64,000 bases of DNA, from contig NZ_BAABIQ010000002.1 of the NCBI RefSeq assembly GCF_039542865.1, positions 12,989 through 76,988 on the forward strand, given 5' to 3'. The notes below the pieces were generated by a model. The model saw only the letters and a program-made list of their open reading frames with translations, was not told where the DNA came from and did no database searches. The translations under genes were made by a program, and so were the position numbers. This DNA comes from Olivibacter ginsenosidimutans. GTDB taxonomy: Bacteria; Bacteroidota; Bacteroidia; Sphingobacteriales; Sphingobacteriaceae. This document shows, piece after piece, positions 30,142-39,652 of this stretch. The stretch's first letter is position 1; the number at the start of each line of letters is the position of its first letter.

Positions 30142-31488
30142 ATGGCAAAACGAATAAAGGCAATTAAATGTCCGCATTGTGGTAGTATTGAGAACACCCA
30201 GTTAAAGGACGATTATTACCGCTGTAATAGTTGTGGTACCGAGTATTTTCTAGATAATGACGATGTAAACATCAATTATACCTATCGTTACGAGCACGGC
30301 CAAAGGTTAGCACCCGAAACAAAAAAGCTCATTAAAACGATTTCGATAATTATTGGTGGACTATTTTTATTTTTTGTGATCATCAACATAGTAGGCGCAT
30401 TGGTTGGTAGCCGTTCCAACAGTAAACCAATAGAAACGAATGTGAGCACATCGTATGCACCAACGGTTCCTAAGGTACCGGAAAAGAAGTATTACTGGTA
30501 TAGTAAATCAGATTATTTTTTTGAAGATGCTAACCATAAATTGGTCTATGTACTGGTGGGGGTTAGACGATTGCTTGGAGGTGCATCAGATGATGGTAAC
30601 GTTTTAGCCATTTTCTATGATGTGCAAAACAAAAATAAGGAATTGGCCAAGAGCGAGTTACCCCTAAAATCTGAAAGCCTCAATACCCGCTTCCGCGAAT
30701 TTGAAAATGGTGATTTATATTTCATTGTCGACAATAAACGCCTATTCAAAATAAATCGAAACGATAAATTGATTACCGAAATAACGGCAGAAAAACTAGG
30801 CGAGGTGCCTGAATTGCATGTGGGCTTTGCGAAGATAGAATTTGCGTACGAAAGTGAGGGAGACGGATTCCGCATATTAACGAACGAGGGTAAGCAAGTG
30901 TTTTATTATCCTATAACGGGTAAGGTTTATGACAAGGATGCTTTGTATCGTGCTCAAGGCGAAAGAGCTAGTATTCCAAAAGATACGCCGATCCGTACGG
31001 CGTTTAAATTTTCGGATGAAAGCTTTGAATATCCTGATGAAAAACTTCAATTAATCCAATACCGGTATCGGTCTCCCATGGGTTATCCAAAAAATGAGCC
31101 CCATTTCCGTTGGTCAAAAGATTTTGGCGGTTCAGGGATTTTTACAGAACGCGACCCTTACAAAAAGGTATTGATTAATTCATTTCAGCAGAAAAGAGCA
31201 AGGATTATCGATTTTAAGGATTTTACACCTGGCCGCCTTTATTTTAGTGCGTCAGTATTAGATTTCAACGATAAGTATGTGTTGATTTCTTTTAAACCTA
31301 CACCTGCAGAAGATGAAACCTGTTCGGTGCAATTATTGGATGCTAAAACGGCAGCCATTATATGGACATATGCTACCGATAAAAAATATGTTTCGGCAGG
31401 CCATATCATGACCGACGGATATCGAATAGACAATGAACTGTTAGGCGCTGATGGTAAAGTCAAACAAACGCTTACTATACCGGATTAA
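30142..31488 (+). CDS. membrane protein with N-terminal zinc ribbon (CPHCG...CNSCG), one TM helix and a large C-terminal extracytoplasmic domain (hypothetical; YdjG-like topology)
   Basis: 448 aa. The first 35 aa hold two CxxC pairs. The TM helix is IIIGGLFLFFVIINIVGALVG. Directly upstream of an SPFH-SHOCT gene. Confidence 0.5.
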   Translation: MAKRIKAIKCPHCGSIENTQLKDDYYRCNSCGTEYFLDNDDVNINYTYRYEHGQRLAPETKKLIKTISIIIGGLFLFFVIINIVGALVGSRSNSKPIETNVSTSYAPTVPKVPEKKYYWYSKSDYFFEDANHKLVYVLVGVRRLLGGASDDGNVLAIFYDVQNKNKELAKSELPLKSESLNTRFREFENGDLYFIVDNKRLFKINRNDKLITEITAEKLGEVPELHVGFAKIEFAYESEGDGFRILTNEGKQVFYYPITGKVYDKDALYRAQGERASIPKDTPIRTAFKFSDESFEYPDEKLQLIQYRYRSPMGYPKNEPHFRWSKDFGGSGIFTERDPYKKVLINSFQQKRARIIDFKDFTPGRLYFSASVLDFNDKYVLISFKPTPAEDETCSVQLLDAKTAAIIWTYATDKKYVSAGHIMTDGYRIDNELLGADGKVKQTLTIPD

Positions 31489-31499
31489 AAAATAGATTT

Positions 31500-32501
31500 A
31501 TGAGTATATTCAATGTTTTCAATAATCAGTTGGCTCAAGTAATACAATGGGAGCAGCAAGCCCCTGAGCTATTATGGTATCGATTTCCCTCCTCTAGGAA
31601 TGAAGTAAAAAATGCCAGCAAATTAATTGTAGCACCAGGCCAAGGCTGCGTTCTGGTTTACGAAGGGAAAGTAGCAGATGTGATTGAAGAGGAAGGCATA
31701 TTTAATTTGAAAACGGATAACCATCCATTTATCACCACATTGTTGAACATCCGCAAGAACTTTGAAAGTGAACACAAATTATTTGTCTATTTTTTCCGTA
31801 AAGCGGATGTATTGAATCAGGCTTGGGGAACAGCAACGCCGGTAAAATATGTGGATGGCACATATGGTATCCCCATCAGCATGGGAGCTAATGGAAATTT
31901 TTCCTACCGCATTAGCGATGTGTCGAAACTGTTTAAGCAAGTGATCGGAAATAAGCCATCGTTTACCACAGTAGAGATGAAAGCCATTATCAGTAACCGC
32001 ATCCAAGAGGCTATAGCGGCTTATCTAGCATCTAAAAGCTATTCCTTTCAGGAAATTGATGCACAGTTAGCTAACATGGCGAAGGATATTCAGCAGCAGC
32101 TAGACAAGGAATTTCTAGCGCTTGGCTTGAATCTTTTGGATTTGAAAATTAGCGGAACGCAGTTTGACGAAAAGACACAGTCCCGTATTGCTCGTGTAGC
32201 AGATGTAACAACAGATGTTTTTGCCGCTAAGCAAGCTGGATTGGATTATGTTGATCTGGAAAAATTACGGGCTCTGCGGGATGCCGCACGCAATGAGGGT
32301 GGGCTGGCTGGTGCTGGTTTGCAATTGGGAGCTGGTTTGGAGTTAGGCAAAAAATTTCAGGAAGAAAAGGAAGCGCTACTCAATAAAGATGGTGCAGACG
32401 TAGTCGAAAAATTACGTAAATTGCAATTGCTACATGCAGAAGGTATTATCACTGAGGAGGAGTTTCAGGCAAAGAAAAAGGAACTATTAGCTAATCTTTA
32501 A
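31500..32501 (+). CDS. SPFH/Band-7-like (Band_7_1, YdjI-like) protein with C-terminal SHOCT motif
   Basis: 333 aa. The N-terminus resembles the Band_7_1 family (WEQQAPELLWYRFPSS...IVAPGQGCVLVYEGKV). There is a Gly/Ala-rich linker and a C-terminal SHOCT-like LHAEGIITEEEFQAKKKELL. Confidence 0.65.
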   Translation: MSIFNVFNNQLAQVIQWEQQAPELLWYRFPSSRNEVKNASKLIVAPGQGCVLVYEGKVADVIEEEGIFNLKTDNHPFITTLLNIRKNFESEHKLFVYFFRKADVLNQAWGTATPVKYVDGTYGIPISMGANGNFSYRISDVSKLFKQVIGNKPSFTTVEMKAIISNRIQEAIAAYLASKSYSFQEIDAQLANMAKDIQQQLDKEFLALGLNLLDLKISGTQFDEKTQSRIARVADVTTDVFAAKQAGLDYVDLEKLRALRDAARNEGGLAGAGLQLGAGLELGKKFQEEKEALLNKDGADVVEKLRKLQLLHAEGIITEEEFQAKKKELLANL

Positions 32502-32512
32502 ATAAACACGCC

Positions 32513-32767
32513 ATGAAGAAGGTAATTGGCATTATAGCGGTTTTCATTGTACTTGTTATATTGGCTTATATTGTTTTACAAGTTATTTGGGGTATTGACG
32601 TAGTGCGGGCGGAGACCATTACCAAGTCAATAACTTCCTTGTGCGTATTGGCTATTGGAGCTTTTTTATTAACCTTAATCTTAGCTTTCTTCTTTCGAAA
32701 AGAAGATAGAGGATATCATCAAACAACAGACGGTGTTGCCCAACGAAAATTGGATAACCAAAAGTGA
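32513..32767 (+). CDS. small two-TM membrane protein (hypothetical)
   Basis: 84 aa with two hydrophobic helices. It follows the SPFH-SHOCT gene after an 11-bp gap. Confidence 0.35.
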   Translation: MKKVIGIIAVFIVLVILAYIVLQVIWGIDVVRAETITKSITSLCVLAIGAFLLTLILAFFFRKEDRGYHQTTDGVAQRKLDNQK

Positions 32768-32779
32768 GTACCGTTGTAC

Positions 32780-33193
32780 TATGACGACGATTTTACCTGC
32801 TCCTTATTTTTCTGCTGCTCAAGGTTCCAGTTTCTGCGCAATATGGCATTCAGGATATCCCCAGTCCAAAACAAAAAGGGCAAGACTATTTTGTCAGCAA
32901 CCCAGACGGTATCTTAAGTGGAGATGTCGTTACAACCTTAGATTCGATTGCCAAGAATATTGAGCAGCAAACCAGTGCTGAAGTTGCGATCGCGGTAGCA
33001 AGCGATTTTAAAGGAGAGGATGACTTCGAATTTGCACTTGAACTTTTTAATACCTGGGGCCTAGGAAAGAAGACAAATGATAATGGTCTACTTTTATTTG
33101 TGGCTAAAGATAGACGAGCATACCAGAGGGAGTAGTAGCGGAAGTTTCGGCGGCGGCAGTAGTGGCGGTGGTGGTGCTGGCGGCCGATGGTAG
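32780..33193 (+). pseudogene. remnant of a TPM-domain (TLP18.3/Psb32/MOLO-1-like) gene with frameshifts and an internal deletion
   Basis: One frame gives ...LLLKVPVSAQYGIQDIPSPKQKGQDYFVSNPDGILSGDVVTTLDSIAKNIEQQTSAEVAIAVASDFKGEDDFEFALELFNTWGLGKKTNDNGLLLFVAKDRRAYQ, an N-terminal TPM domain with no in-frame ATG. The ATG at 32780 is in another frame. After a stop, a third frame gives SSGSFGGGSSGGGGAGGRW*, the Gly-rich tail typical of TPM proteins. The TM helix and domain centre are missing. Confidence 0.5.
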
Positions 33194-33287
33194 TTTGTTT
33201 TACTCCTGTTCCAAGGAAGGCATCATCAAAGCGAGCAGCCAAATGAATTAATTATTTTGATATTGCTTTTCGATACTACCGCTTCTG

Positions 33288-33812
33288 TTAGATATCTAAT
33301 TTTCCCTCAATGCTATCATCAATGGTTTTACCTAGTACAGCACCAATAGACTGTTTGACAAAAGCAACAGCATCGCCATGTTTATTATCCCAGTAATAGG
33401 CTTCTGTCGGCTCTACTTTAATTATCGTAATACGTGGATCGTCAACGCCTTCGGTAAACCATGTTTTTGCCAAAGGTGTCCAAAGTTCTTTTATCTTTTC
33501 TTTATCCTCCTGTATACTTGCAAGGCCATAGATATTTAGGAAGTCGGCATAATGAGAACCTTGAAACAAGAGGTGCACAAAAGGGTCATCACTTAACTCT
33601 TGATTTTTGTGGCTATCGCTTGCACTTAAAAACCACAAATTACCTTCATCATCTACTTGTTGGACAGCCATTGGCCTAATAGATAGTGGTACACCTACCT
33701 TATTTAGATCGGTGCAAAAAAAACAAGCTTCTGCAACACGTACTAATTCTTTCACCTTATTAATTGCTTCTTCTCCGTGTAGGTCCTGATGGTGTTCATT
33801 TGAATGATCCAT
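33288..33812 (-). CDS. pyridoxamine 5'-phosphate oxidase-like FMN-binding protein (general stress protein 26 family)
   Basis: 174 aa with a PNPOx-like split-barrel pattern (NLWFLSASDSHKNQEL...ITIIKVEPTEAYYWDNK). Confidence 0.65.
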   Translation of the reverse strand: MDHSNEHHQDLHGEEAINKVKELVRVAEACFFCTDLNKVGVPLSIRPMAVQQVDDEGNLWFLSASDSHKNQELSDDPFVHLLFQGSHYADFLNIYGLASIQEDKEKIKELWTPLAKTWFTEGVDDPRITIIKVEPTEAYYWDNKHGDAVAFVKQSIGAVLGKTIDDSIEGKLDI

Positions 33813-33860
33813 AATATCTTTTTTAATAGTATAACAATATTCACGTGTTTTTGTGCGCCA

Positions 33861-34586
33861 CTAAGGCCAAGATGTTTCTGTCATGGGCAATACCATAACT
33901 TCGGGTATCACCGTTTCATCCGGCTGTAGAAGTACATACTTGACGGTATCGGCAACATTTTTAGGATCCTGCAATAAGTTCGTATCAATATCTGGAAAGC
34001 GATCCAATAAAAATGGAGTTTTCATCCCACCAGCAATGACCGCGGTTACTTTAATGTTTTCTTGGCGTCCTTCAACATGTAAAGCGTGACTTAGTCCTAA
34101 CAATCCCCACTTACTGGCGTGGTAAGGTGATGCATTGGCCCATGCGCGTTTACTTGCCGTAGAAACAATATTGACGATATGGCCACTTTTGTTCTCTTTT
34201 AAATATGGAAAGACAGTTTTTGAAACCAAGAATGGGCCACGCAAATTTACGCTCATCACGCGGTCCCACTCATCGAGACTCAACTCATCTACAGCCTTGG
34301 TATAATCAACACCTGCATTATTAATGACAACATCTAGCTTACCAAATTGTTGAATAACTTGTTCAATAACATGCCGTACACTTTCTTCGTTACTTACATC
34401 CATTACATAGCTTTTAGCGGTATAGCCGCTAGCTAAAATACTTTTTTCGGTTTGCTCTAAGCCTTTTACCTGTATATCAGTTAAAATAGTTATTGCCCCT
34501 GCTTCGGAAAGTGTTTTACAGATAGCGGCGCCCAAACCTTGCCCAGCGCCGGTTATTACTACAACTTTATCTTTTAATGTATCCAT
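33861..34586 (-). CDS. SDR family oxidoreductase (short-chain dehydrogenase/reductase)
   Basis: TGAGQGLGAAI cofactor motif, NNAG, and a catalytic YHASK (YxxxK). Start set at the internal ATG (MDTLKDKVVVITGAG) to avoid overlap with the upstream glycosyltransferase gene. Confidence 0.85.
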   Translation of the reverse strand: MDTLKDKVVVITGAGQGLGAAICKTLSEAGAITILTDIQVKGLEQTEKSILASGYTAKSYVMDVSNEESVRHVIEQVIQQFGKLDVVINNAGVDYTKAVDELSLDEWDRVMSVNLRGPFLVSKTVFPYLKENKSGHIVNIVSTASKRAWANASPYHASKWGLLGLSHALHVEGRQENIKVTAVIAGGMKTPFLLDRFPDIDTNLLQDPKNVADTVKYVLLQPDETVIPEVMVLPMTETSWP

Positions 34587-34606
34587 AGGTATAATTTTAT
34601 GTGTGT

Positions 34607-35599
34607 TTACGATAGAGATAAGCTTTGTTGGGAAGTATTTCCTGCTGTCTCCTGCTGAAAGGTCTCCAACCAATCGGCCACAAAGCGTTGGATGTTGAAC
34701 TGTCGTTCGGCAGCAGCTTTGGCCCCTTGACTAAGTTTTTGGCTATGGGATAAATCGTTCAGCAAAAGTTTCATTTTATAAATAAGGTCATCTACATTCG
34801 TATGAATATAACCTGAAACCCCGTTTTCTATGGCAACGGCCATCTCCGTTGTTGCTAAACCGACAATGGGCATCCCTGCAAGCATAGCCTCACAAACGGC
34901 TAAGCCCATGCTGGTGTAACGGATCGGATTGAAGAAGAAACGATATTGCGTTAAAAATGCTGGAAGCTCGGGGAGAGGAATTTCGCCTAAACCACCCACT
35001 TCTTTGGAGTTCATACCCACTAGATCAAGTGGAATCTTTTGACGTACTTCCTGAAAAATGTCGAGACCAAGCCGTCGCCTCCGTTTAGCGATGTTGTTGA
35101 TTACCACAATGCCACGTGCTTTAGTACCTGTATACGATATTTTTTCGGGTAAGATTACGCCATGTTCAATGACCCTTGTTGGTGTACGGTTATTGTTCCA
35201 CATTAAACGGTTAAAATGGGTGACATGCACCAATAGCATATTTGGATCATCAACCGGATGGCGGGTATCGGTGGGTACCTCACGGGGAGGATCATGCTCC
35301 AGATATATTTTTGGTAATTCCCGCTGCTTTTCGGTTAAAATTTCATATTGGTCTATTAAATAGTTCTTATGCGATTGGAAAAGTATACAATCGAAAGCGA
35401 TATTTTTAATCTCATCTATCGATACTTCGATAACATTATCTCCCCACGGAAAGGTACCTCCTCGACCATTGTAACCTTCAGATGGGTCTGTTTTCACCGG
35501 CAAATAAAAGATACAAGGCGTCTGAGTGAGGTAATATAGGTAGCTACCATGGATATGCCACGTCAATATCCTAAGTGGTTTTGTGGTGTCTAGTTGCAT
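34607..35599 (-). CDS. glycosyltransferase family 1 (GT4-like)
   Basis: 330 aa with the C-terminal GT1 EX7E region (GLAVCEAMLAGMPIVGLATTEMAVAIENGVSGYI). Confidence 0.8.
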   Translation of the reverse strand: MQLDTTKPLRILTWHIHGSYLYYLTQTPCIFYLPVKTDPSEGYNGRGGTFPWGDNVIEVSIDEIKNIAFDCILFQSHKNYLIDQYEILTEKQRELPKIYLEHDPPREVPTDTRHPVDDPNMLLVHVTHFNRLMWNNNRTPTRVIEHGVILPEKISYTGTKARGIVVINNIAKRRRRLGLDIFQEVRQKIPLDLVGMNSKEVGGLGEIPLPELPAFLTQYRFFFNPIRYTSMGLAVCEAMLAGMPIVGLATTEMAVAIENGVSGYIHTNVDDLIYKMKLLLNDLSHSQKLSQGAKAAAERQFNIQRFVADWLETFQQETAGNTSQQSLSLS

Positions 35600-35614
35600 G
35601 TTTTGTCTCCTTTA

Positions 35615-36061
35615 TTATTTATCGCTAGTACAGGTCCCCATTAATTCGGCTACAGCCAATACATGTCCATCCATCTGTTGCAATACCTCTTCCGGTTCAG
35701 AAGCGGGAGGTAGCGCTAACAGCGTATCGACAGCATATAAACGGAACCGATAATGATGGGTACCTTTGAAATATTTAGGGCAGGGACCTTCGTAACCAAA
35801 AGTGTGGTTATTACATAATCCCTCAACACCTCCCTGGGGTACTTGCCCTTCCTGAATACTTGTTGTACTGGCTGGGATATTGAATACATGCCAATGTCGC
35901 CAAGGTATAGGTTCGGCATCGACATCTTCTATCAATAAAACGAAACTTTGGGTTTGCTCAGGAACGGACTCTATATGTAAATGTGGACTGATATTTTGCC
36001 CCAAACACGTGTACTTGATTGGGATTTCTTCTTGTTGTTCAAAAATGCTTCTCAATTTCAT
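35615..36061 (-). CDS. YbhB/YbcL family Raf-kinase-inhibitor-like (PEBP) protein
   Basis: 148 aa with PEBP hallmarks (HWHVFNIP, GYEGPCP...HHYRFRLYAVD). Confidence 0.8.
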   Translation of the reverse strand: MKLRSIFEQQEEIPIKYTCLGQNISPHLHIESVPEQTQSFVLLIEDVDAEPIPWRHWHVFNIPASTTSIQEGQVPQGGVEGLCNNHTFGYEGPCPKYFKGTHHYRFRLYAVDTLLALPPASEPEEVLQQMDGHVLAVAELMGTCTSDK

Positions 36062-36281
36062 CCTTTTATTTTTTTAATGGCTGATAAGCGTTCGGGTAAA
36101 TAATGATTCGTTTATCTTTATTTCACTACCGATACTTCTACACACCAAGCGTTTTTTCCGATTGGTCAATTGGATTATCTTATCTTACTTCTATACCAAA
36201 CCCTTGCCAAAATCTGCTGTTATAACTAAACAATAAAATATTAGGCTATTTACCAGCATCAGCAACGAGACGATAACGCAT

Positions 36282-36482
36282 ATGAAAATTTATCCCGAAC
36301 AGCATAAAAAATGGACAATTCATAATTTTCCCTTTCCGGAACAGGAGCTTGACCCAGCCGTGAAAGAAAAAGCCGTAGCAATTGCGAATCAATTATATCA
36401 TGAGGGTGAACCTGAAGGGGAAAAGCTTTTCAAAAAAGCAATCAACGGCGCTAAAGAATGGTTTCTGGAGATGGAGGGATAA
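36282..36482 (+). CDS. small hypothetical protein
   Basis: 66-aa ORF whose stop overlaps the CDF transporter start (TAATG). No recognisable domain. Confidence 0.3.
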   Translation: MKIYPEQHKKWTIHNFPFPEQELDPAVKEKAVAIANQLYHEGEPEGEKLFKKAINGAKEWFLEMEG

Positions 36483-37381
36483 TGAAGCCTATCAATAACC
36501 AAAAATCAATATATAGTGCTTTGATTGCCAATATATTGATTGCTATAACGAAATTCATCGCCGGCTTTTTCACCAACAGTTCATCGATGATTTCAGAAGG
36601 TATCCATTCGACTGTTGATACGAGCAATCAACTACTTATTTTATATGGAATCAAACAGAGCAAGAAAAAAGCAGATCGCCATCATCCATTTGGCTATGGT
36701 AAGGAGCTGTACTTTTGGTCCTTTATCGTATCTATCCTCATTTTTTCCCTTGGTGGAGCTTTATCAATCTATCAAGGCGTAACCCATATCATTCATCCAC
36801 TGCATATGGGCAATCCACTATGGAATTATGTGGTATTGCTATTGTCACTCATTTTTGAAGGCAGCTCGCTGATTATCGCTGCCAAAGAATTCAATAAAAC
36901 CCGTGGTGAGATGAGTTGGTGGAATGCCATCGTGAATAGTAAAGATCCAACAAGCTTCCTAGTGGTTTTTGAAGATGGGGCCGCAGTATTGGGTTTACTC
37001 ATTGTCATGCTATTAATGGGCTTAAGCCATATCTTGAATATACCTGAATTGGACGGTCTAGCGTCCGTACTCGTTGGATTATTGCTTGTTGGTGCTTCCT
37101 TCATTCTGGCCCGAGAAAGCAGGAGTTTATTGATGGGAGAAGGAATAGCCATTGAAACACAAAAGAAAATAAGTCAGCTAGTACTAAAGGACAACGCAGC
37201 ATTAGCCGTAAAGAATATGTTATCCACCTACCAATCACCCAATGAGGTGATTTTAATGCTGGTCGTAGATTTTGAAGACAATCTGGATACGGAAGAAATC
37301 ACTGCAGCTATTGATCGGATTACGGCAAGCATCAAGTCTACTTTTCCTTTGGTGCGCTTTGTTTTTATCCAGCCCAGTTAA
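36482..37381 (+). CDS. cation diffusion facilitator (CDF) family transporter
   Basis: CDF motifs (SEGIHSTVDTSNQLLIL, HHPFGYGKELYFWSF), six TM helices and a C-terminal cytoplasmic domain. Start set to ATG 36482 (MKPINNQKS). Confidence 0.85.
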   Translation: MKPINNQKSIYSALIANILIAITKFIAGFFTNSSSMISEGIHSTVDTSNQLLILYGIKQSKKKADRHHPFGYGKELYFWSFIVSILIFSLGGALSIYQGVTHIIHPLHMGNPLWNYVVLLLSLIFEGSSLIIAAKEFNKTRGEMSWWNAIVNSKDPTSFLVVFEDGAAVLGLLIVMLLMGLSHILNIPELDGLASVLVGLLLVGASFILARESRSLLMGEGIAIETQKKISQLVLKDNAALAVKNMLSTYQSPNEVILMLVVDFEDNLDTEEITAAIDRITASIKSTFPLVRFVFIQPS

Positions 37382-37463
37382 GTACTGGCCAAGGCCAAGC
37401 ATATATAGCATACCTTGAGTTTTGCTATCGCATAGCTATTGTGTGTTCCTACGTGTTTTGTAT

Positions 37464-37697
37464 CTACCCAACAGCAATTAACGATAAGTTAAAAGATAGA
37501 CAAATAGTAGCACGGGTAAGTTGTTTAATAAATAAGGAAAACTTGACAACGACAAAACCAAGTCCCATAAAGGTTAAGCTGGTTCTGATCCACGCAAGGA
37601 ATGTGCGCTCATTAGCCAAGTGATCATTGGGTATTATCTTACGGTCTTGATTGTCGTACATGTTATGAATATTTTTGTTGTTTAACATATAGTTCAT
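37464..37697 (-). CDS. DUF202 (YidH-like) domain membrane protein, possibly C-terminally truncated
   Basis: Contains the DUF202 signature [20 protein letters not shown]. At 77 aa it is shorter than the typical ~115 aa with 3 TM. Its 5' end overlaps the end of the AI-2E gene by 35 nt. Confidence 0.45.
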   Translation of the reverse strand: MNYMLNNKNIHNMYDNQDRKIIPNDHLANERTFLAWIRTSLTFMGLGFVVVKFSLFIKQLTRATICLSFNLSLIAVG

Positions 37698-38700
37698 CTA
37701 CAATAACGATAACAACAATTAAAAGTGGTGTTGCCAAAATAATACCCAGAGCACCAGTTAAGGTTCCGAATAACACCTGACTAATAATGATCAGTGCTGG
37801 TGGAATTTTGATCATGACATTCTGGATCATGGGAGTGACGATATTACTTTCAATAGCTTGAATAGCGATATATAATAAGGCAATCAATAAGGCCGTATTT
37901 GCACTTTCGGTAAAGCCAATTAAAACAGCAGGTAACATAGCGATAAGCGGACCGAAATTAGGAATAAAGTTGAGTAAACCGGCTAAAAATGCCAAAGCCA
38001 AACTCATGGGAACCCCAATGATGGTAAGACCAATAAAAGATAGGGCGGCAATAAAAAACATGGCAATAAGCATTCCTTTTAACCAACCTTTTAACGTAAA
38101 ATCAAGTCGCCTTAATACATTCCGCGCGCGTTCCTTTCCTTTAGAAGGAATTAATTTGATAATGCCTTCGCGATATAAACCTGGGTTGACGGTAAAGAAT
38201 ATACCAATGAATAAAACAATGTATATATCACCAACTACCCCAAAGCTGGTTCTGAAAATCTCCTGAAATGATCCCATCATTTTATCGCCACTTCCATCGG
38301 TTAAATAATGGAGTAACTTGCGGCCTATATCTGTTCTACCCAGACGGTTTTCTACACTGGCTAAAATCTTAGGCATATCTTGGGTAAGCTCACCTACCTG
38401 AAGTGAAATTTTAGCCCCTAAAAACCAGAAAAGTGCTCCGATGAGCAGGAGCGTGAGTATGACGCCTACCAGCAGGCACCATCGATGGCCGATTTTAATT
38501 TTCCGCTCTAGCAAATTGGCTAAACCATGAAAATAAACCGCCAATAATGCACCAGCAAATACCATGAGTAGTACATTAAAAGCGGCTTTAAGGATAAATA
38601 TGATGATGACCAATAGCGTAATAACGCCTACGGTAATCCATACTTTCTTCGTGAATAAACTAATGTCTTCTTTTTCTGGAAGCGGTTCTTGATTTGCCAT
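37663..38700 (-). CDS. AI-2E family transporter (PerM/UPF0118)
   Basis: 345 aa polytopic membrane protein with the characteristic C-terminal region ([21 protein letters not shown]...[10 protein letters not shown]). Confidence 0.85.
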   Translation of the reverse strand: MANQEPLPEKEDISLFTKKVWITVGVITLLVIIIFILKAAFNVLLMVFAGALLAVYFHGLANLLERKIKIGHRWCLLVGVILTLLLIGALFWFLGAKISLQVGELTQDMPKILASVENRLGRTDIGRKLLHYLTDGSGDKMMGSFQEIFRTSFGVVGDIYIVLFIGIFFTVNPGLYREGIIKLIPSKGKERARNVLRRLDFTLKGWLKGMLIAMFFIAALSFIGLTIIGVPMSLALAFLAGLLNFIPNFGPLIAMLPAVLIGFTESANTALLIALLYIAIQAIESNIVTPMIQNVMIKIPPALIIISQVLFGTLTGALGIILATPLLIVVIVIVDELYVKQQKYS

Positions 38701-38769
38701 CGTGGAAACTTGTTGTATATAATATAGCGAAATAACGTTCCAATTGTTTGATGGCGCAATTATTTGAAT

Positions 38770-39264
38770 CTACGCCTGATTGGCTAGCGTTTTTGTGATG
38801 GTTCTACTAATTTGCTCAATTGTCTGGCCAATAATGGAATCTTCCGATCCTGTGAAATGTTCGACACAGCAAGAAATTTGATCTTTTTGTGCAATACAGA
38901 AAAAGATCGTTCCAACAGGTTTTTCTTCACTTTCGCTTCCCCCAGGACGCGTTAACCCTGTTACAGCAACATAGATATCTGCAAGCATCACTTTCTTCAA
39001 TCCGATAACCATTTCACGTGTTACTTCCGTGGATTCAGGTGTATGCGTTTCAATCGTTTCCTTTGCCACTCCTAATAAATCTTCCTTCAAGCAGGCATCA
39101 TAACATACAATTCCTCCTTTTAAGAAGTTTCCAGCTTCGGGTAACTTGGAGAAAGCCGCTGCTAAGCTACCTCCCGTTGCACTTTCTGCAAAAGCAATCG
39201 TTAATTGATGATCTAGTAATAATTTTCCACACTGCTCAATGGCAGCAGAATCCGTATCTATCAT
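38770..39264 (-). CDS. CinA C-terminal domain protein (nicotinamide-nucleotide amidohydrolase PncC-like)
   Basis: LTIAFAESATGGSLAA motif and a GTIFFCI region typical of the CinA C-terminal domain. Start set to the internal ATG (MIDTDSAAIE). Confidence 0.8.
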   Translation of the reverse strand: MIDTDSAAIEQCGKLLLDHQLTIAFAESATGGSLAAAFSKLPEAGNFLKGGIVCYDACLKEDLLGVAKETIETHTPESTEVTREMVIGLKKVMLADIYVAVTGLTRPGGSESEEKPVGTIFFCIAQKDQISCCVEHFTGSEDSIIGQTIEQISRTITKTLANQA

Positions 39265-39652
39265 AGGTAATTTATTTGTTAGATTAACCAAATGACTTCC
39301 ATTTTGTTCTGATGGCCGTAAAATTTTAGTATAGAGCAAATGACGGTATATATATTTATTCGGAAAACTTACCATTATTGAGTAAAACCTACAAAATGAT
39401 AAAATTTAGGACACTATTAAAATACTGCCAAAAAATTAAAATAATCAAAAACATCCTTAATAGGACTGATTGCACAAATTTTAGTCAAAAGCATTGGTGT
39501 GCACTTAGATTAAAAGATAACAAAACAATACGACCAATGCTTCATGGGTCAAGCCTAATTAAACAAAATGCTATTATTCATGTTCTTATTATAATTGCAT
39601 TTCCTAAAAGGAAACTGCCTAACAAACGTGCTTAATTAGATAAACTCCTACC

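Noticed and set aside
32886-33242. 118-aa minus-strand ORF over the TPM remnant
   Set aside because: Antisense to recognisable TPM-domain and Gly-rich-tail reading frames. Arg/Ser-rich nonsense translation.
39378-39635. 85-aa ORF (MSKTYKMIKFRTLLKYCQKIKIIKN...) in the AT-rich region upstream of the histidine kinase
   Set aside because: Low-complexity Lys/Ile/Asn-rich translation of AT-rich DNA. More likely a non-coding promoter or leader region.
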